Notes: generated from the letters alone by a model not told the origin. A stretch of DNA of 64,000 bases from an uncultured Acidimicrobiales bacterium (GCA_943788915.1 CALSSD010000004.1:62001-126000); one strand, 5' to 3'; shown: positions 1 to 9,800, numbered from the stretch's first letter. Translations and numbers: made by a program.

Positions 1-564
1 CACCATGGCTCGGCCCATCACCGCGGCACCGCCGTATGCCTGGGCGAGTGGGGGCAAGAAGTTGTTCGAGATTGAATAGCCGGCGACCGCGCAGAACACG
101 AAGAAGACACCGAGTGGTTCGGCGTCGGTCCCGGCCAGGTTGGCCCCCGCGATGGTTATCGCGCCACACAGGCCGATGATCAGCCCGATGATCTGGTTGC
201 GTTCCGGCGCTCGGCGCAACATGGCAACCGAGAGAAACAGCACCAGAATCGGACCAACAGAATTGAGCATGCCAGCGACCGAGGATTCGACTCGTTGCTG
301 AGCCAGTGGAAAGAAAAGTGCGGGAGCGGTGTTCCCGGCAACCGCCACAACCATCAGGGCTGGCCAGGTCGACCGAGGCATGGATTGGCGAGCCGATGGC
401 ACGAACGCGAGAACGCCGGCGCCGAACACCATACGGAAGAGCGCGATGACTGCTGGATGGAACGAATCGAGCCCTATGGCGATCCAGAGAAATGATGATC
501 CCCAGATCAGCGAAATGGTCAGCAAAAGTGCCCAGTCGACCTGGTTGAAGTTGCCCTGGTTCAT
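1..564 (-). CDS. EamA/DMT family transporter (3' end runs off the window)
   Basis: Manual minus-strand translation from ATG at 564: MNQGNFNQVDWALLLTISLIWGSSFLWIAIGL...FRMVFG...AQQRVESSVAGMLNS. This is the typical EamA LIWGSSF start followed by successive TM helices. Confidence 0.85.
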   Translation of the reverse strand, partial: MNQGNFNQVDWALLLTISLIWGSSFLWIAIGLDSFHPAVIALFRMVFGAGVLAFVPSARQSMPRSTWPALMVVAVAGNTAPALFFPLAQQRVESSVAGMLNSVGPILVLFLSVAMLRRAPERNQIIGLIIGLCGAITIAGANLAGTDAEPLGVFFVFCAVAGYSISNNFLPPLAQAYGGAAVMGRAMV

Positions 565-634
565 GCCATCGGCGGCAAATCGACTGGAGGCAGGTGCGGA
601 CACCAGCGGAACCGTAACCAGTACGGTTCCGAAC

Positions 635-1084
635 ATGCGTCGCATCGTTGTTGGATTGGTCACGATCCTTGCCCCGATACTGGTGATGGCAGGCTGTACC
701 GACGACCCAACTGTCTCGGGGCCGGCGAACGCTGAGCCGGCAGTCACAGCAGAGAACCTGCGCGAGGCCGAAAACGACGGCCTGTTCCCCACCGTGGTCG
801 ATGTCACTGCAACGACCAGCGATGGAGCGTCATGGCGCGTCAACGTGACCCTGTTAAGCGAATACGACTCGCCTGCTCGTTATGCCGATTCGTGGCGGGT
901 GCTCGACGCCGACGACAACGAACTCGGTATCCGGGTCCTGGCCCACGATCATGCCGGCGAGCAGCCATTCACCCGGTCACACACCGTTGACATCCCGAGT
1001 GATGTCACCACCGTGTTTGTCGAAGGCCGCGATCAGATCAATGGTTGGAGCGGCGAACGTTTCGAACTCACCCTCGACCGCTAA
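635..1084 (+). CDS. Conserved hypothetical lipoprotein
   Basis: MRRIVVGLVTILAPILVMAGC lipobox; C-terminal domain with YADSWRV and RVLAHDH..EQPFTRS; TACGGT lies 7 nt upstream of the ATG. Confidence 0.7.
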   Translation: MRRIVVGLVTILAPILVMAGCTDDPTVSGPANAEPAVTAENLREAENDGLFPTVVDVTATTSDGASWRVNVTLLSEYDSPARYADSWRVLDADDNELGIRVLAHDHAGEQPFTRSHTVDIPSDVTTVFVEGRDQINGWSGERFELTLDR

Positions 1085-2694
1085 CCCAGCAGATCAGCAA
1101 CCAGGATTCGCAGTTCTGGTTTGCGGACCTTGTTCGACGCGGTCAGCGGGAGTTCGTCGACGATGAACACATGGCGGGGCACCTTGTAGTTGGCCATACA
1201 TTCGCGGCACCACGCGATGAGCTCTTCAACATCGGGTGCACCTTGGGGGCTGGGCACGATGAAGGCGGCACCGACTTCGCCCATTCGTTCATCAGGCACG
1301 CCGATAACGGCGGCGAGACCCACGAGCGGGTGTTCGACCAAGACACGTTCGATCTCAGCCGGATAAGCATTGAAGCCACCCATAATGAACATGTCCTTCA
1401 TCCGGTCGGTGATGTCGATGTATCCGTGCTCATCCATCACCGCGATGTCACCGGTGTGGAGCCAACCATCGGCATCAATCGCTTCGGCCGTCTGTTCGGG
1501 CGCATCGAGATATCCAGGTGTGACCTGGAAGCCGCGGACCCACAACTCGCCTTCGGTTCCGGTTTCGACATCGGCGCCGGTTGGGTCGACCACTCGAAGC
1601 TCGACGCCTGCCGGGGCACAGCCCGATGTAGTCGCAATAGTTTCTGGTGAGTCGCCTGGTCGGGTATAGGCAGCCAGGCCCGAGGTTTCGGTCATGCCAT
1701 AGGCGGTCATGATGGTGTCGAAACCGAGGCGGTCGCGCATCTCGATGATCATCTCGACTGGGATCGAAGCGGCGCCAGTCACACACGAACGTAATGATGA
1801 GATATCGAACTGATCAAGCTCGGGGTGGTTGAGCAAACCTTGAAACAGTGCGGGCGGACCGGGGAACACGGCGACACGTTCGCGCTGGATCGTGGCCAAC
1901 ACTTGGGCAGGGTCATAGATAGCGACCGGCAGGTTAAGTGCGCCGAACATGAGGCACACGATGATGCCCGAGTTGTAGCCGAAGGCGTGGAAATAAGGAT
2001 TAACCAGCAGGTAGGGGTCGCCAGGTTGCACGCCGAGTCCCTGGCCGTAGGGGTGGAACACCCGGATGATCGCGCCGCCGATGATCTGTACACCTTTGGG
2101 ATGTCCCGTAGTCCCCGAGGTGAACATGATGGAGCCGACATCGGTTGGCGCAAACGCATCGGTGCGACGTTCGACCTCGGCCTGGTAGTCGGCGGATTCT
2201 GGGCCGTCGCCTCGGGCCAGGAAATCGGCGAAGTTGATGGTTCCTGGAGCCCCGCCACTGGTTAGATCGACGATGGCCTGCAACATGGGAAGGTGTTCGT
2301 TGGTTAACGAGCCGCTGTAGTCGGTGTCTAGAAAACCATCGGCGACGAACAACATCTGTACTGACGCGGCGTTGAGAACGTAGGCGGCCTCGTTGCCTTT
2401 GAATCGGGTGTTGATTGGCACAAGTACACCGCCGGCTCGCGACACTGCCAGTCCGGCCACGACCCACTGCCAGCAGTTCGGGGCCCACACCGCCACCGTG
2501 TCACCGGCCTGTATGCCTGATGCGATGAACGATCGAGCCGCCTGGTCAACGCGTTCACCGAGTTCTTGATAGGTGAGCGTTACATCACCATCGCGAATGG
2601 CGTTGCGATCTGCGAAGTGTGTCGTCGACGCCCGAATGAGCTGCGGTATCGATGCGTGATCTGGATCGAACCCCGGAATAGTGCTTGTCCCCAT
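1081..2694 (-). CDS. fadD3: Acyl-CoA ligase, FadD3-like (AMP-binding family)
   Basis: 537 aa; FTSGTTGHPKG P-loop, NPYFHAFGY, AYGMTE, WLHTGD, GGFNAYPAEIE, terminal K in ASNKV. Confidence 0.75.
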   Translation of the reverse strand: MGTSTIPGFDPDHASIPQLIRASTTHFADRNAIRDGDVTLTYQELGERVDQAARSFIASGIQAGDTVAVWAPNCWQWVVAGLAVSRAGGVLVPINTRFKGNEAAYVLNAASVQMLFVADGFLDTDYSGSLTNEHLPMLQAIVDLTSGGAPGTINFADFLARGDGPESADYQAEVERRTDAFAPTDVGSIMFTSGTTGHPKGVQIIGGAIIRVFHPYGQGLGVQPGDPYLLVNPYFHAFGYNSGIIVCLMFGALNLPVAIYDPAQVLATIQRERVAVFPGPPALFQGLLNHPELDQFDISSLRSCVTGAASIPVEMIIEMRDRLGFDTIMTAYGMTETSGLAAYTRPGDSPETIATTSGCAPAGVELRVVDPTGADVETGTEGELWVRGFQVTPGYLDAPEQTAEAIDADGWLHTGDIAVMDEHGYIDITDRMKDMFIMGGFNAYPAEIERVLVEHPLVGLAAVIGVPDERMGEVGAAFIVPSPQGAPDVEELIAWCRECMANYKVPRHVFIVDELPLTASNKVRKPELRILVADLLG

Positions 2695-2748
2695 GCGATG
2701 ACACTACGACGCTCGGATAGAGCAGTCCTAGAGAACTAGGGTCTGGTG

Positions 2749-2901
2749 ATGGCAACTGTGACTGTGAACGACACCCCGATCCGCTACGAAGACAGCGGTG
2801 GCGACGGACCAGTCATCTTGTTCAGTCACGACTTTTTGATGGACCACACCATATTCGACGTCCCGATCGCGGCCTTGACCGACTTCGTGAGCGGTCTCTG
2901 A
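2749..2901 (+). pseudogene. Internally deleted alpha/beta hydrolase remnant (50 aa)
   Basis: MATVTVNDTPIRYEDSGGDGPVILFSHDFLMDHTIFD is an alpha/beta-hydrolase N-terminus. It is joined directly to a C-terminus-like AALTDFVSGL-stop, with no GxSxG core. Confidence 0.6.
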
Positions 2902-2920
2902 TCCGGTGCCTCTTCAATCC

Positions 2921-4315
2921 ATGGATCTTGTAATTCGCAATGGCACTGTCGTGACGAGCGGCATCGAGGCAGTCACCGACGTTGGCGTTCGTGACGGTGT
3001 GATCATGCAGATCGGTGGCGATATGACCGGTACCACCGAGATCGATGCCACTGATCGGTATGTGCTCCCTGGTGGTATCGATGCCCATGTGCATCTCACC
3101 GCCCCTGGTACCGGACCTGACAGCTGGCGGTGGGTTGATGACTTCGAAGTTGGTACCCGCGCCGCTGCAGCTGGTGGCGTCACCACGGTCGGCAACATGT
3201 CGTTCCCCCAGCCGGGTGAGCAGATGAAGGCTGGCCTGCTGCGAGACAATGCTGATGCCGCGGCTAATGCCATCGTCGACTATTTCCAGCACACCGTGTT
3301 GCTCAACCCTGACGACGAGGGCATCGCTCAGATCGAAGAGTTGGCCGCGGCCGGCAATCCGAGCATCAAGATTTTCATGTCGTTCCGTCGGTTCGATCGC
3401 CACCTCGACGGCTTTCTTCGGGCCATGCAGGCAGCTGCCGACGCAGGCTCTGTGGTACTGGTGCACTGCGAGGATCCAGCCATCATGCATTGTTGTGGGC
3501 ACGCACTCGATGAGGCTGGCCATACCGACGCCAGCCATTTCCCCAAGTCGCGACCGGTCGAAGCCGAACGTATCGCGACCGAACGCGCCGTCGGGTATTG
3601 CGCAACTACCGGCGCTACGACCTATGTCGTTCACCTATCCAGCGCAGCGGCGCTCGATGCCTGCCGCAAGGCCCGTGCACGCGGTCTGCCGGTGCATGTC
3701 GAGACCCGGCCGATCTATCTGCATCTGAACGAGTCCCGTTTCAACGAACCCGATGGAGCGAAATACGCCGGCGCTCCACCACTTCGCACCGACGCAGATC
3801 GCGATGCACTCTGGGCCGGGTTGAACGATGGCACCGTCAGCACAGTGTGTACAGACCATGCGCCGTGGACGCTCGACGAAAAGCTGGACCCGACGCTGAC
3901 AGCGAGCGATCTTCGCCATGGCATGGCCGAACTCGAGACACTCATGCCGGTTTTGTGGAGCGAGGGAGTCGCCACCGGCAAGATCTCGGTCGCTACGTTT
4001 GTCGAGGTCACGAGCACAACGGCTGCCCGGCTCTTCGGCCTGTATCCCCGCAAGGGCACGATCGCTCCTGGTTCTGATGCCGACATCGTGATCTGGAACC
4101 CGAACGACACCCGCACGATCGACGGTGCCGCCATGCACTCGAATGCTGGTTATTCGCCGTACGACGGCTGGCAGGTCACCGGCTGGCCCGAACTCACGAT
4201 CAGCCGGGGTGAGATTGTGGCCCGAGCTACGCCTGAGGGAATTGATGTTCTCGGAGCACCAGGTCGAGGCCAGCTCGCGGCGCGAACTCGAACGCTCAGG
4301 TCGCCAGCGCGGTGA
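2921..4315 (+). CDS. hydA: Dihydropyrimidinase / D-hydantoinase (cyclic amidohydrolase)
   Basis: PGGIDAHVH metal motif, GTRAAAAGGVTT, SIKIFM, VHCED, CTDHAPW, GLYPRKGTIAPGSDADIV. Confidence 0.85.
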   Translation: MDLVIRNGTVVTSGIEAVTDVGVRDGVIMQIGGDMTGTTEIDATDRYVLPGGIDAHVHLTAPGTGPDSWRWVDDFEVGTRAAAAGGVTTVGNMSFPQPGEQMKAGLLRDNADAAANAIVDYFQHTVLLNPDDEGIAQIEELAAAGNPSIKIFMSFRRFDRHLDGFLRAMQAAADAGSVVLVHCEDPAIMHCCGHALDEAGHTDASHFPKSRPVEAERIATERAVGYCATTGATTYVVHLSSAAALDACRKARARGLPVHVETRPIYLHLNESRFNEPDGAKYAGAPPLRTDADRDALWAGLNDGTVSTVCTDHAPWTLDEKLDPTLTASDLRHGMAELETLMPVLWSEGVATGKISVATFVEVTSTTAARLFGLYPRKGTIAPGSDADIVIWNPNDTRTIDGAAMHSNAGYSPYDGWQVTGWPELTISRGEIVARATPEGIDVLGAPGRGQLAARTRTLRSPAR

Positions 4316-4880
4316 TCAGCGCTACGAGGTTCACCGCAGCTGCGCCACTGACCCAACGCTGAACCCACACCTTCAGATCAGCAACCTCGCCAACAACATC
4401 ACTGCGGAGTTGGGCCATGTCGCCGGTGAGGTCGGTGCGCAGTTGGGCCATGTCACCTCTGACCTCGCTTCGGAGTTGGGCCATGTCGCCGGTGAGGTCC
4501 GCCCGTAGATCGGCCATGTGGCCAACAACATCACTGCGAAGTTCAGCCATGTCGCCAAGAACATCGCTGCGGAGTTGGGTCATGTCGCCAAGAACATCGC
4601 TGCGGAGTTGGGTCATGTCGCCAAGAACATCGGTGCGCAGTTGGGCCATCTCTCCGGTGAGGTCGCTTCGGAGTTCGGCCATCTCGCTAGTGAGGTCGGC
4701 GCGCAACTCGGCCATCTCGCCATGGAGCAGGGCAGTCTGGGCGTGCATATCAACCCGGGTCACGAGCTGATCGGCTGGTTGGTAGGGGAGAAGCTGCATG
4801 AGGGTGTCGGCGGCGGACCCACCAAGGGTCACTTCAAGGTTGTTAAAGAGGTCGCGTCGATCGCTTTCGCTGATAGTCAT
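4296..4880 (-). CDS. DUF1640/CCDC90-like membrane-anchored coiled-coil protein with 11-residue repeats
   Basis: Head MTISESDRRDLFNNLEVTLGGSAADTLMQLLP, neck LVTRVDM, about 10 MAxLRxDxxGx repeats, hydrophobic C-terminal anchor. Confidence 0.7.
   Translation of the reverse strand: MTISESDRRDLFNNLEVTLGGSAADTLMQLLPYQPADQLVTRVDMHAQTALLHGEMAELRADLTSEMAELRSDLTGEMAQLRTDVLGDMTQLRSDVLGDMTQLRSDVLGDMAELRSDVVGHMADLRADLTGDMAQLRSEVRGDMAQLRTDLTGDMAQLRSDVVGEVADLKVWVQRWVSGAAAVNLVALITALAT
4380..4725. repeat. 33-bp coding tandem repeat, about 10 degenerate copies
   Basis: Recurrent units such as gcggagttgggtcatgtcgccaagaacatcgct at a 33-bp period. Confidence 0.85.
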
Positions 4881-5000
4881 GGTGCCCGTTCGGGTAATTC
4901 CACGGAAGACCTTGGTTCGCCGGTCTTCGAAGGCGTAGACGAAACCGTAGCCCAGCACTGTGACAGCCGCCAGGGGCTGCAGGCAACGAACAGGTTGTGG

Positions 5001-6635
5001 CTAGGTAGCGGCTAGCAGGCTGGGTCGATAGTCGGCCGGTGGTTGGAAACCCAACAGACTGATCACGGTGGCGGCGATGTTGGTTAGGCCGGGGTCGGCG
5101 AGGTCACCGAACCGGTAACGCTCAGGATGCTGACAGGCCACGGCAAAAGGAACGGGGCTCAACGTGTGCGAAGTCTTGGGCGAACGGACGCCGTCCTTTT
5201 CGGTGTACATGATGTCGGCATTGCCATGGTCAGCGGTGAAGATGACCACGCCGTCGAGTTCACCTACGACGACCTCGATCAGTCGGGCCAGCGCGTCGTC
5301 GAGCACTTCCATGGATTCGATCGTGGCTGCCAAATCGCCGGTGTGGCCGACCATGTCGCCATTGGCGTAGTTGATACGTCCCCAGTCGAACTTGCCGTTG
5401 CGCAGCAGTTCGATCGTGGCATCGGTGATTTCGCTCGCCTTCATGGCCGGCGCTTGATCGAACGGCATATTGTCGCTAGGAATCTCGATATAGGTTTCGA
5501 GCGACTCGTCGACGTAACCGGACCGATTGCCGTTCCAGAAGAAGGTCACATGGCCGAACTTCTGCGTCTCGCTGATAGCGAAACAACTCATCCCCTCGGC
5601 TGCGAGATACTCGCCCATCGTGTGATCGATGGTTGGGGGCTCGACGAGATAGTGGCTAGGCACGTGGAGATCCCCGTCGTACTGCAACAAGCCGGCATAG
5701 AACACGTCGGGGTGGTAGCCACGATCAAACTCGGTGAACGTCTCAGCTTCGTACGCCTGGGTGATCTCGACGGCGCGATCGCCACGGAAATTCCACAGCA
5801 GCACGGCGTCACCGTCGGCCATCGTGCCGATTGGTTCGCCGTCATCGGCAACAACGAACGCATCGAGGTATTGATCACCTTGTGGTTTTGGATCGCCGTC
5901 GGATTCGCTGTACATGACGTCGACCGCTTCGGCTGCAGTGGGGAACTGTCGGCCGACACCGTGGGTGTGGCAGTCGTAGCCTCGTTTGACCATGGGCCAG
6001 TCGGCGCCGTAACGATCCATGGTGATCGTCATACGTCCACCGCCGGACGCAATGCGGAAGTCGACGTTGTGGTCGGCGTTGACTGCGGCCAGCACCTTCT
6101 CGGTGGCCTCGATGTACAGCTGAGCCGAACGGGCAGCGACGTCGCGCCCGTCGAGCAGGATGTGGAGTCGACACCGAGTCACACCCTGGATGGCGGCCTG
6201 GTGGACGATGGCGTAGAGATGGTCGGTGTGTGAATGCACATTGCCGTCGCTGTGCAGACCAATCAGGTGCAGTGTTCCGGGGCGCCCGTGCCGGAGCAGT
6301 TCATGCCAGGTCGCTGAGTCCCATATTTCGCCGATTTCAATCGCGTGGTTTATGAGTTTGGCGCCTTGGGAAATGATCCGGCCAGCACCTAGGGCGTTGT
6401 GGCCAACTTCGCTGTTGCCCATGTCGTCGTCGCTGGGCAAACCGACCGCGGTGCCGTGGGCCGCGATGATGGTCGAGAGTGGACCATGAACGAGCCGGTC
6501 GATCGTCGGCGTGTTTGCCTCGGTCACAGCATTCGATGGGCCTTCGGGAGCATGACCCACGCCGTCGGCGACCACGATCACGACCGGACCTGTCGGCTTC
6601 GTCAACGATTCGTGTGGTGCAAGCGAAAGAGCCAT
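5001..6635 (-). CDS. gpmI: 2,3-bisphosphoglycerate-independent phosphoglycerate mutase
   Basis: ADGVG, PSDDDMGNSEVGHNALGAGR (catalytic Ser), SDGNVHSH, LDGRD, NFRGDRA, NGDMVGHTG, TADHGNAD, TSHT. Confidence 0.95.
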   Translation of the reverse strand: MALSLAPHESLTKPTGPVVIVVADGVGHAPEGPSNAVTEANTPTIDRLVHGPLSTIIAAHGTAVGLPSDDDMGNSEVGHNALGAGRIISQGAKLINHAIEIGEIWDSATWHELLRHGRPGTLHLIGLHSDGNVHSHTDHLYAIVHQAAIQGVTRCRLHILLDGRDVAARSAQLYIEATEKVLAAVNADHNVDFRIASGGGRMTITMDRYGADWPMVKRGYDCHTHGVGRQFPTAAEAVDVMYSESDGDPKPQGDQYLDAFVVADDGEPIGTMADGDAVLLWNFRGDRAVEITQAYEAETFTEFDRGYHPDVFYAGLLQYDGDLHVPSHYLVEPPTIDHTMGEYLAAEGMSCFAISETQKFGHVTFFWNGNRSGYVDESLETYIEIPSDNMPFDQAPAMKASEITDATIELLRNGKFDWGRINYANGDMVGHTGDLAATIESMEVLDDALARLIEVVVGELDGVVIFTADHGNADIMYTEKDGVRSPKTSHTLSPVPFAVACQHPERYRFGDLADPGLTNIAATVISLLGFQPPADYRPSLLAAT

Positions 6636-6876
6636 ACTGCTCAGGATAATGCTGTGGGCTTCGGTCGACGTCGAGGCCGAGCGGCTGGACAGCTCATGTG
6701 ACCGATAATGGTTGCACACGGCAGCTAGATCACTGCGCGAGTTACGACAACGCCGATGGAACTCAATGAATGAGCACAGGACGTGCTTGCACGTGGAGCT
6801 TGGGAGGGCTAGAAGTGCGCTTCAGATTTCTTCGCCAGGTATGTCGGGCTAAGTCCGGTACGCGAGACTTTGCGTT

Positions 6877-8064
6877 ATGGGAGCACTTGACGGAATTCGG
6901 GTAATCGATGCGGGCATCATCGTGCAGGGACCGCAGGCTGGGCAGACCCTGGTTGATATGGGCGCCGATGTCATCAAGGTCGAAATGCCGGGATTGGGCG
7001 ATCAAGCGCGGTGGATTCCGATCTCGGCAGAAGACGCTCGGGCGCCGTATTTTATTGCCAACAATCGAGGCAAGCGCAGCATCACGCTTGACCTGCGTCT
7101 GCCCGACGGTGCCGAGGCGTTCCTGAAACTGATCGAGACCGCCGACGTGGTGATCTCGAACTTTAAGGCGGGAACACTCGACGAATGGGGTGTGGGGTAC
7201 GAGGATGCTGCGGCCCGCAACCCTCGCATCATCTATGGTATGGGCACCACATTCGGCCCCGAGGGTCCGGCGGCAGCGCGCGAAGGTGCTGACTTGGCCG
7301 GCCAGGCGGCTGGTGGTCTCATCAGTACGACCGGTATGGACGATGGAGACCCCACACCGGTGGGCGCGGTGATCGCGGATCACATCGGTGCCCAGAACAT
7401 GACCATCGGGATCTTGGCGGCAATCGTGGCTCGAGAGCGCACCGGTAGGGGTCAACGAATCGATGTCTCACTGTTCGGAAGCCAGCTCTACGCGCAGAAC
7501 TCTGAGTACACCGCGTACTTCTTGACTGGGGAAGCGCCTGGCCGCGCCAACCAGGGGCACCCGCTGTTGCCCGCGGTGTATGGCATTGTTCCCACGTCCG
7601 ATAGCTGGATTGCGCTGGTGGGTGTGCCGCCGCAGCAACGGGAGGGTTTCTATGCAGCGATCGGCCGTAGTGAATTGCTCGACGATGAACGGTTCCAGCC
7701 TTTCATCCTTGACCGTGAGGATCGCAAGGAGTTGTTCATCGAACTCCGCAAGACCTTTGAGACCCGAACGACGGCCGAGTGGGGTATTGCGCTCACCGAG
7801 GCCGGTTGCCGGTGGGCGCCGGTCAACGACTACGCCGCAGCTACTGCCGATCCACATTCGATGATCAACGGTTATATGCAAGATATTGATCACCCCGAAT
7901 ACGGCAAGGTGAAGATGATGGGATCACCCATCCGCATGTCGGGCACTCCTGTTGTTCCCGGACAGGTCTCGCCCGAGCTCGGTGCGGACACCGAGATGTT
8001 GCTGGTGGAGCTTGGGTACGACTGGGACCAGATCGGTGCCATGCGCGAGTCAGGTTCTATCTAG
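6877..8064 (+). CDS. CoA transferase family III (CaiB/BaiF)
   Basis: LDGIRVID, GADVIKVE, NRGKRSITLDL, catalytic Asp in IADHIGA, RERTGRGQRIDVSL. Confidence 0.92.
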   Translation: MGALDGIRVIDAGIIVQGPQAGQTLVDMGADVIKVEMPGLGDQARWIPISAEDARAPYFIANNRGKRSITLDLRLPDGAEAFLKLIETADVVISNFKAGTLDEWGVGYEDAAARNPRIIYGMGTTFGPEGPAAAREGADLAGQAAGGLISTTGMDDGDPTPVGAVIADHIGAQNMTIGILAAIVARERTGRGQRIDVSLFGSQLYAQNSEYTAYFLTGEAPGRANQGHPLLPAVYGIVPTSDSWIALVGVPPQQREGFYAAIGRSELLDDERFQPFILDREDRKELFIELRKTFETRTTAEWGIALTEAGCRWAPVNDYAAATADPHSMINGYMQDIDHPEYGKVKMMGSPIRMSGTPVVPGQVSPELGADTEMLLVELGYDWDQIGAMRESGSI

Positions 8065-8069
8065 TTCTG

Positions 8070-8332
8070 GTGGATGCCGCGGACGTGTACGAGATCGTCG
8101 TGTCTGACACCGCAGGCCCAACGTCGTGGTGGCACGACCTGCTCCGCCGGGCACGGCGCGGCGGCCCGGCGGATGCCGGTGGCGTACTCATTCGGTGGGG
8201 CACAAAGAAACCGGTGCTGAACTCTTCCGCCATATCGAAGACGGAGGCGACGACGAGGACCACCTGCTGCGCGGCATCGAGCACGATCTTGCTTCGATGA
8301 CTGCCGACGAGTTCACCGCCGCCTGGCGTTGA
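8070..8332 (+). CDS. Small hypothetical protein, apparently split by one frameshift
   Basis: The start of ORF 8070..8300 (MDAADVYEIVVSD) and the end of ORF 8126..8332 (HKETGAELFRHIEDG...DEFTAAWR) read as protein-like halves directly after the CoA transferase. Confidence 0.35.
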
Positions 8333-8377
8333 GCTCTGGTCTGCAGGCGCCGCTCAGTAGTGCGCGCCCGTTGCTGG

Positions 8378-9085
8378 TTATGTTCGAGCGATATCCAGCA
8401 GGATGGTGGCGAGCTCATGGGGCCGATTCATCGGCACCATGTGGTTGGTCGCGACCTCGTGATAACTCCATGCTGGCGATGCCTCGGCATGGCGAGCGGT
8501 TTTCCAGAACGCTGAGTCGTCGGCCTCGGTTGGATCGGCACTTGCCTTGATGAAGGTGCGGGTCAGATCCCAGTCTTCGAGCGGTTTGGATAACGACACC
8601 GGTTCGGTCAGGGTGCCGACCGGCTGATTGGCCCGGCGAGCGTCTGACCATGCGGTTGCTTCGGGTGTGTCGAGTTCTCGAGGGATCGGTGGAATGGCCC
8701 AGTCGTCTGCAGCATCGATCATTGCCTGACCAGGTGGTCCAACCACATCGGTTGCACTCTGACCATCGGCCGGGACCAGAGCATCGAGATAGACGAGATG
8801 CCGGACCTTGTCGCCGATGTCATCGAGCATGCCAGTCACGACCATGCCTCCATAGCTGAAGCCGAGCAGCACGATGTCATCGAGGTCTTCGTAGAAGATG
8901 GTGTTCCGCACATCTTGCATATGCAGACTCAGCGTGACCTCGGGGCCAGCAAGATGTGAGCGCTCACCTATGCCAGTGAGACTGGGGGTGAACACCTCGT
9001 GCCCCGCAGCCGCCAACAACGGACGCACCTTGCGGAATCCATACGAACCGCCCCACGCCCCATGAACCAAAACCATCGTTGCCAT
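8378..9085 (-). CDS. Alpha/beta hydrolase (esterase, Abhydrolase_6 type)
   Basis: VLVHGAWGG, PSLTGIGER, nucleophile elbow GFSYGG, LVYLDA, catalytic His in TNHMVP. Confidence 0.9.
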   Translation of the reverse strand: MATMVLVHGAWGGSYGFRKVRPLLAAAGHEVFTPSLTGIGERSHLAGPEVTLSLHMQDVRNTIFYEDLDDIVLLGFSYGGMVVTGMLDDIGDKVRHLVYLDALVPADGQSATDVVGPPGQAMIDAADDWAIPPIPRELDTPEATAWSDARRANQPVGTLTEPVSLSKPLEDWDLTRTFIKASADPTEADDSAFWKTARHAEASPAWSYHEVATNHMVPMNRPHELATILLDIART

Positions 9086-9106
9086 GGTCGTCACGTTAGG
9101 AGAAGG

Positions 9107-9472
9107 TCAGCGAGCTTGCAGAACCCGCACGAACTCATCACGGTTGTCGACGCTCACGGTGAGCTCGCGCAACTTGATCGGGTACAGCACCGCTTTGGCT
9201 TTGACGGCAGGGTCAATCGTGATCTGTACCAGTTGGTCTCTGCGGCCATTGACCAGCCACCGGCCGTTCCAGCCATGCACCCCGATCGAAATGACCTTGC
9301 GGTCAAGTGTTTCGACAGAGGTGATTGATGCCAACGGAATTGAGGCCTTGAAGCTCCATCCCATGTGTACATCAAGGGTGGTGTCACCAACATCGAGGTA
9401 GGCCGTGGACTGGGGCATGCCGGTTGCGATGAGCAGCGGAGTGATTCGGCCATAGGCGATGTCGAAGCGCAT
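9107..9472 (-). CDS. Hypothetical protein (PH-like beta fold possible)
   Basis: 121-aa ORF with GWSFKASIP and GVHGWNGRWLVNG; TAGGCT lies 6 nt upstream of the ATG. Confidence 0.65.
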   Translation of the reverse strand: MRFDIAYGRITPLLIATGMPQSTAYLDVGDTTLDVHMGWSFKASIPLASITSVETLDRKVISIGVHGWNGRWLVNGRRDQLVQITIDPAVKAKAVLYPIKLRELTVSVDNRDEFVRVLQAR

Positions 9473-9512
9473 GAGGCGAGCCTATGTGTCGCCGTCTATG
9501 ATTGGTCTCGCT

Positions 9513-9583
9513 GCGGGTGTAGTTCAATGGTAGAACATCAGCTTCCCAAGCTGAGAACGGGGTTTCGATTACCCTCACCCGCT
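9513..9583 (+). tRNA. tRNA-Gly (anticodon CCC), CCA not encoded
   Basis: Cloverleaf: GCGGGTG/CACCCGC acceptor stem, GTTC-AATGGTA-GAAC D arm, TCAGC-TTCCCAA-GCTGA anticodon arm, GGGGT-TTCGATT-ACCCT T arm, discriminator T. Confidence 0.95.
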
Positions 9584-9800
9584 CTGTTCCGCCGGTCGTG
9601 AGGCTGGCGATCTCAGCCGGCGAAGCTGAGCACGGAGCCTCCGCCCGCCGTCTTGAAGCGTCATCAGCTAGGTGGACATCGCAATTCTCTGTCGAAACTG
9701 GGGGGAGAAGTCGGGGTGCACATCTTCCGGCCCGATCAAGTGTGGCCCAAATGCGGCCCATGCCGGGGCGCACCAGCAGGTCTAAGCATTACAAAGATTC

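Noticed and set aside
2727..2740. cctag-agaa-ctagg palindrome as a KstR/KstR2 operator for the fadD3-like gene
   Set aside because: It does not match those consensus sites as I recall them, and its right arm is explained by the TAGGGT -10 of the 2749 ORF.
4380..4725. 33-bp periodic repeat as a CRISPR array
   Set aside because: Units are contiguous with no unique spacers, degenerate mainly in a codon-preserving way, lie in one ORF, and no cas genes are present.
5127..6233. Long antisense ORFs (also 33158..34123, 44854..45942, 51466..52497)
   Set aside because: These are shadow frames of well-supported genes in high-GC DNA, with no recognisable motifs.
6640..6870. ncRNA or riboswitch between gpmI and the CoA transferase (acgtgc-tt-gcacgt at 6781-6794)
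   Set aside because: Only a 6-bp stem with no recognisable RNA family features; compatible with chance.
9586..9800. Integrase remnant next to the tRNA
   Set aside because: No tyrosine- or serine-recombinase motifs were recognisable in the frames examined.
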